A stretch of 64,000 nucleotides of DNA, taken from positions 5,290 through 69,289 of IMG/VR virus record IMGVR_UViG_3300021139_000007; one strand, 5' to 3'. The number at the start of each line of letters is the position of its first letter. Position 1 is the first letter of the stretch. Of the stretch, positions 60,291-64,000 are shown piece after piece. The notes under the pieces are model-generated. The model was not told the origin of the DNA and searched no databases. It saw nothing but the letters and a program-made list of their open reading frames with translations. The translations under genes and the position numbers were made by a program. This DNA comes from a virus.

Positions 60291-61150
60291 AATACTTCGC
60301 AACTTTCGGAACAGCCATAATTCACATCAAACATAGACAATTGCTTTAATTCTGCTTGAGATAATTTCATCATCATTCTAATGTCTTCTACTCCTTTATT
60401 TTGCCTGTAAAAGTTAAATGGAGGGTTTAAATCAACATTTCTAGGATTGTAATCTCCGTATTTATCAATCATGTTTTGCCACCAATTAAACGTTTTTGGT
60501 TTACGTTCCATAATTCGTACTAATTGTGGAAAACCTTTTTTCCAACAAGCATCGCAATTGCCATCGTCAGGATGTATATTCAAATCAAAACTTTGCTTAT
60601 CCCACCACTCCTTAACTTGTCTTTTAGTTGTTGGATTGATGTGTGCCAAAGGATAGATAACATTATTCTCTTTATAATTGTCATTTATTCTCAATGGTTC
60701 ATCAAATCTTATACCTATTGCGGTGGTATAATCTTTCCAACTAATACTATTACAATAACTTTCAATTGCTTTACGTTTTAGTTGGTAACTACAAAAAGGG
60801 GCTTCTGTTGATGGTATACCAAGAATTGAAATCATCTCTTCAAAAGGTTCTCCATTTCGGCTACAGTCCTCATAAGTAACAACTCTATGGTTAACTTTCC
60901 AACCTTTAAATGAATAAGGTATACCATCATCGTCAATACATTTTGCTTCAATCCAAATGATAGGAATGTTAAATTCGTGCGAAAATTCATCAATAAAAAA
61001 CAATGTACCTTCAACCTCTTTTCCCGTATTCGCAAATACAACCACCACGTCATATAAGCCGATGTCCGACCACTTATTCAACAACCACCACGTCATATAA
61101 GCCGATGTCCGACCACCACTAAAAGATATTAATAACTTTTTTTTATTCAT
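60287..61150 (-). CDS. PAPS-reductase-like PP-loop protein with Cys motifs
   Basis: SFSGGRTS, FANTGKE, CSYQLK, IGIRFDE, GNCDACWKK, CSESC. Confidence 0.8.
   Translation of the reverse strand: MNKKKLLISFSGGRTSAYMTWWLLNKWSDIGLYDVVVVFANTGKEVEGTLFFIDEFSHEFNIPIIWIEAKCIDDDGIPYSFKGWKVNHRVVTYEDCSRNGEPFEEMISILGIPSTEAPFCSYQLKRKAIESYCNSISWKDYTTAIGIRFDEPLRINDNYKENNVIYPLAHINPTTKRQVKEWWDKQSFDLNIHPDDGNCDACWKKGFPQLVRIMERKPKTFNWWQNMIDKYGDYNPRNVDLNPPFNFYRQNKGVEDIRMMMKLSQAELKQLSMFDVNYGCSESCEVF
61038..61116. repeat. perfect 36-bp direct repeat, 7-bp spacer
   Basis: acaaccaccacgtcatataagccgatgtccgaccac at 61038-61073 and 61081-61116. Confidence 0.9.
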
Positions 61151-61239
61151 AATATTGTATTTGTAATTTTAATCTTTCAACTTAGAAGCACGATACACGA
61201 TAAAGCTCCCTATCAATAATATAATAAGATTGTAGTGTT

Positions 61240-61509
61240 TTAAATACAATCATACTCAATTTCTTTCTGTATAAGATTGTGCTTTTCAGACTTACTTGCA
61301 CGCCTTAAATTTTCAATGCCTGATTTTACGCAATATTGTTTTGAGCTTCTAAATGTTTCGTACCCGTTCCAATAATGCAATAAATCATAAAAGTTATGAT
61401 TCATAAAATCGGAATCTTTGTATCTTCCTATAATTTGCGTGTTACTACCATAATCTATGTAGTAAATTCTACCTTGCACTAATTCTTCTGTTTCTAATAT
61501 TTTACTCAT
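61240..61509 (-). CDS. hypothetical protein
   Basis: 89-aa ORF in the packed leftward arm. Confidence 0.55.
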   Translation of the reverse strand: MSKILETEELVQGRIYYIDYGSNTQIIGRYKDSDFMNHNFYDLLHYWNGYETFRSSKQYCVKSGIENLRRASKSEKHNLIQKEIEYDCI

Positions 61510-61511
61510 AT

Positions 61512-61718
61512 TTAATAAATTTTACCGCTTAAATGAAAACAATAATCTTTGCCTGTTGCCCAATGTTTGCCTCTAACAACACGCAATAATCTAGCTTTTA
61601 ACCACAAATGTTTTATTTGAGTAGCGCAGTTATTTAGCTGCATTGCACGTTTAAAATGCTTGTCTTTATACCCTTTAATTTCTCGATTTAATGAACGTGG
61701 GTCGATGTAATTACTCAT
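61512..61718 (-). CDS. hypothetical protein
   Basis: 68-aa ORF coupled to neighbours. Confidence 0.45.
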   Translation of the reverse strand: MSNYIDPRSLNREIKGYKDKHFKRAMQLNNCATQIKHLWLKARLLRVVRGKHWATGKDYCFHLSGKIY

Positions 61719-62119
61719 AATTCAACGTTTAATTCTTCGTTTGTTAAAGCATAATATAGGTTTTGAAGTTGATGTAAGTACTGCACTTTTTTGCGTGTAA
61801 AAATGCAAGTATCTTCCATATCAATTTCGTAAATAGACAATCTATTACTAAATAAATTAAAAGATATTGCAAACATTTCAATAGCTTCTTTATTGTCAGT
61901 ATAATAAAACATATTAAACCATTTATCAACACCTTCAACAAACCCACATTTCAACAGTATTTCTTCTGTTAGTGTGATGGGGTAAATATTTTCAATAAAG
62001 CAACCATTAACCCACTTCCTGTAAAATCCTAAAGTTTCACTAATTGTTTTTATTTTATACGGGATTCCTTTATGATCATTTACATAATTACCCCTCCTAA
62101 AATCTTCGCTTTTTATCAT
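61715..62119 (-). CDS. Bacteroidota-phage-type hypothetical protein
   Basis: FRRGNYV..PITLTEEILLKCGF..YLHQLQNLYYALTNEEL pattern. Confidence 0.65.
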   Translation of the reverse strand: MIKSEDFRRGNYVNDHKGIPYKIKTISETLGFYRKWVNGCFIENIYPITLTEEILLKCGFVEGVDKWFNMFYYTDNKEAIEMFAISFNLFSNRLSIYEIDMEDTCIFTRKKVQYLHQLQNLYYALTNEELNVEL

Positions 62120-62122
62120 ATT

Positions 62123-62302
62123 TCACTTTTTACTGATTTCTCTAATTTTTGAAATTGCTTTTGCAGTCAATTCTGTTTGTCTTTCACAGGCTTCTTTTAA
62201 AGCGCAAACATACTTCCAATTTTCTTTGCCTTCTTTCGTTTTATCCTTACGCATTCTATCCTCAATAGTGTACACGTCAATAGATTTTACTTCGATACTC
62301 AT
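62123..62302 (-). CDS. 59-aa hypothetical protein (not in ORF track)
   Basis: manual translation MSIEVKSIDV..KIREISKK*; fills the gap between neighbours. Confidence 0.5.
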   Translation of the reverse strand: MSIEVKSIDVYTIEDRMRKDKTKEGKENWKYVCALKEACERQTELTAKAISKIREISKK

Positions 62303-62532
62303 ATTTCACTTTTTAATTGTTCAAGAATATTAACAGCATTCTTTACACTAATAATTTGACCTTTCTTATTTGCTTTAATCAACTCAATAGCTTTACCAAG
62401 AACTTCAATAGTCTGCTGCTTTTCAATCCATAAACAATCCCTTTTTAACAAGTTATAAAAACTAAAAGTTTCTATACTCATGTTGTGTTCTAAGTTTTCG
62501 CAAAATATTTGTAACGCTGTTTTATTTGTCAT
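62299..62532 (-). CDS. hypothetical protein
   Basis: 77 aa, KTALQ..IEKQQ pattern. Confidence 0.55.
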   Translation of the reverse strand: MTNKTALQIFCENLEHNMSIETFSFYNLLKRDCLWIEKQQTIEVLGKAIELIKANKKGQIISVKNAVNILEQLKSEI

Positions 62533-63019
62533 AATTCGCTTTTAAAGTTTCCCACAAATAATTTGTTCCATCGAAATCAACCTCTATTGAAGTGGGGTAG
62601 ATTGAGGGGGTTAATGATGTTATAATGTCATCAACATTAAAAATCATATCGCCTACGGAATGATACCCTCTGAGACTACATTGATAAGCAAAATCTTCCA
62701 ATTGTTCCCTTGTCAAATGAAATTCACCTACTACACTTTTGCGACCTTCGATAAAGCCGTCTCTTTGTGCAGCAAATAAATAGCGGTCATTACCATACCT
62801 TTCAATCGCCAATTCCTCATCAGTCTTTGGTTTGCGGATTAGGGTAGATGGTAAGTGATATATTTCTTCATAGTATTTACTACCGATATTACAATCACTA
62901 ATATTTGTACTACCAATTGCTGACATATACCCATCACCTTCTTTTATAAACTCTAATAGCCTTAATACGCCATTATCTATTTCAATCGTGCCATCTTCTT
63001 GACTAAATACTTTTTTCAT
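62522..63019 (-). CDS. hypothetical protein
   Basis: 165-aa ORF in operon. Confidence 0.55.
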   Translation of the reverse strand: MKKVFSQEDGTIEIDNGVLRLLEFIKEGDGYMSAIGSTNISDCNIGSKYYEEIYHLPSTLIRKPKTDEELAIERYGNDRYLFAAQRDGFIEGRKSVVGEFHLTREQLEDFAYQCSLRGYHSVGDMIFNVDDIITSLTPSIYPTSIEVDFDGTNYLWETLKANYDK

Positions 63020-63023
63020 AATT

Positions 63024-63500
63024 TTATAAATAAGGGTTAACTAATTCTGTACGAGGGTCGATTGATTCTATCTCATCAGGGAATATGTTTATTCGCATTT
63101 TGAGTAGGAGTTGGAATAGGGAGAGTTGATTTGAAATTGCAATACAATCCCCATTTATTGCCAAAATAAATGACATATCTTTTGAATCAAAACCGAATCT
63201 AAAATCTCTAAAAGATAATTCTATACAATCGTCAATAAAGAAGAAATTAAATAATTCATTATTTGCTTCAATATATTTAATACAATCTACTCCAAGTGAT
63301 AACTTGTATAATTCCACCAAAGGCACAACCATTCTCCCATCGTAAGGGATTGATTCTGTTAGGCAGGATAAGGGGTAAAGGTAGGGAGTACATAAATCAC
63401 TACAACAATAAGCAACATTACCCAAATATAAATCAAACGTTCTTTTTTTATCTTTCACCTTCACCCCTTCATTAAGGTAGTGTACTAATTTACTGTTCAT
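63024..63500 (-). CDS. hypothetical protein
   Basis: 158 aa, PYLYPLSCLT..VPLVEL pattern. Confidence 0.55.
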   Translation of the reverse strand: MNSKLVHYLNEGVKVKDKKRTFDLYLGNVAYCCSDLCTPYLYPLSCLTESIPYDGRMVVPLVELYKLSLGVDCIKYIEANNELFNFFFIDDCIELSFRDFRFGFDSKDMSFILAINGDCIAISNQLSLFQLLLKMRINIFPDEIESIDPRTELVNPYL

Positions 63501-63912
63501 TTTGTATAAATTTTATTGCGTTATAAATAGCCGTGAAGGCTTGTTCTTTTGTGCCAAATGCTAATAACGTTACTATTGGGTCGTACAAAATTGTATTTTT
63601 AAAGTTTTCATCTAATTTCACCTTCTCCCATACTTCGTGAATCCAATCCCATGTATTAAAATCAGGGTCTATGAGATAATAACCATTTTGAATTGCTTTG
63701 TTGAACCATTCATTTTTTATATAATATTGGTCACTATCAGGGTAACTATCTATTTCAATAGGTATTTTAGCAAATACCTTAACTCTGTCATATATCCCAC
63801 CACAATCAGAGTTATCTACATCTGCTATTGCTGAATATTTATACCCCATATACTTAGCCACAACCTCACTCATTGAGGTTATTTGTTCTTGTGTTAATTT
63901 AGTTTCTTGCAT
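63490..63912 (-). CDS. hypothetical protein
   Basis: 140 aa, VAKYMG..WDWIHEVWEK..YNAI pattern. Confidence 0.55.
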   Translation of the reverse strand: MQETKLTQEQITSMSEVVAKYMGYKYSAIADVDNSDCGGIYDRVKVFAKIPIEIDSYPDSDQYYIKNEWFNKAIQNGYYLIDPDFNTWDWIHEVWEKVKLDENFKNTILYDPIVTLLAFGTKEQAFTAIYNAIKFIQNEQ

Positions 63913-64000
63913 ATTGCTTTATTTTAATTTTTGATACCATATAATCATTCCTATCAATAGGCTTCAATCCATCCCATTTGCTGCCTTTATTTAAGTAATC

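Noticed and set aside
60832-61053. 73-aa ORF starting MTWWL
   Set aside because: By-product of the out-of-frame 36-bp duplication
61038-61116. 36-bp repeat as a mini CRISPR array
   Set aside because: Only two copies, a 7-bp spacer, inside a coding gene, and no cas genes
1-64000. Stop-codon reassignment as in some crAss-like phages
   Set aside because: Standard-code ORFs are long and tile the window; TAG and TGA both end genes
1-64000. tRNA genes, integrase, reverse transcriptase/DGR
   Set aside because: None recognised by eye; tRNAscan-SE and HMM searches were not run, so absence is provisional

Overview
AT-rich segment of a tailed dsDNA phage that probably infects a Bacteroidota host. Host evidence: TAnnTTTG promoters, A-rich starts without Shine-Dalgarno sites, and Gln-ending Sec signal peptides. 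The window runs as follows: a leftward replication arm (DnaA-domain-IV protein, dCTP deaminase, SSB-like protein, primase-helicase, iteron-containing initiator, HTH regulator); a divergent promoter; a glycosyltransferase/FkbM cluster running into TerL; two GroES-like genes; a podovirus/crAss-like head and tail module; ejection proteins including a 3876-aa polyvalent protein; an HExxE + PurD-like ATP-grasp pair; an apparently dead CHAP protein; four tail-fibre-region proteins; lysis genes; HNH endonucleases; a secreted nuclease; and a leftward accessory arm. The main observation is that all four fibre-region proteins carry Sec signal peptides and are rich in Bacteroidota O-glycosylation sequons. 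This suggests fibres that are exported to the periplasm, glycosylated there and attached to virions at or after lysis. All calls come from motif recognition by eye. No searches were run and all counts are manual.
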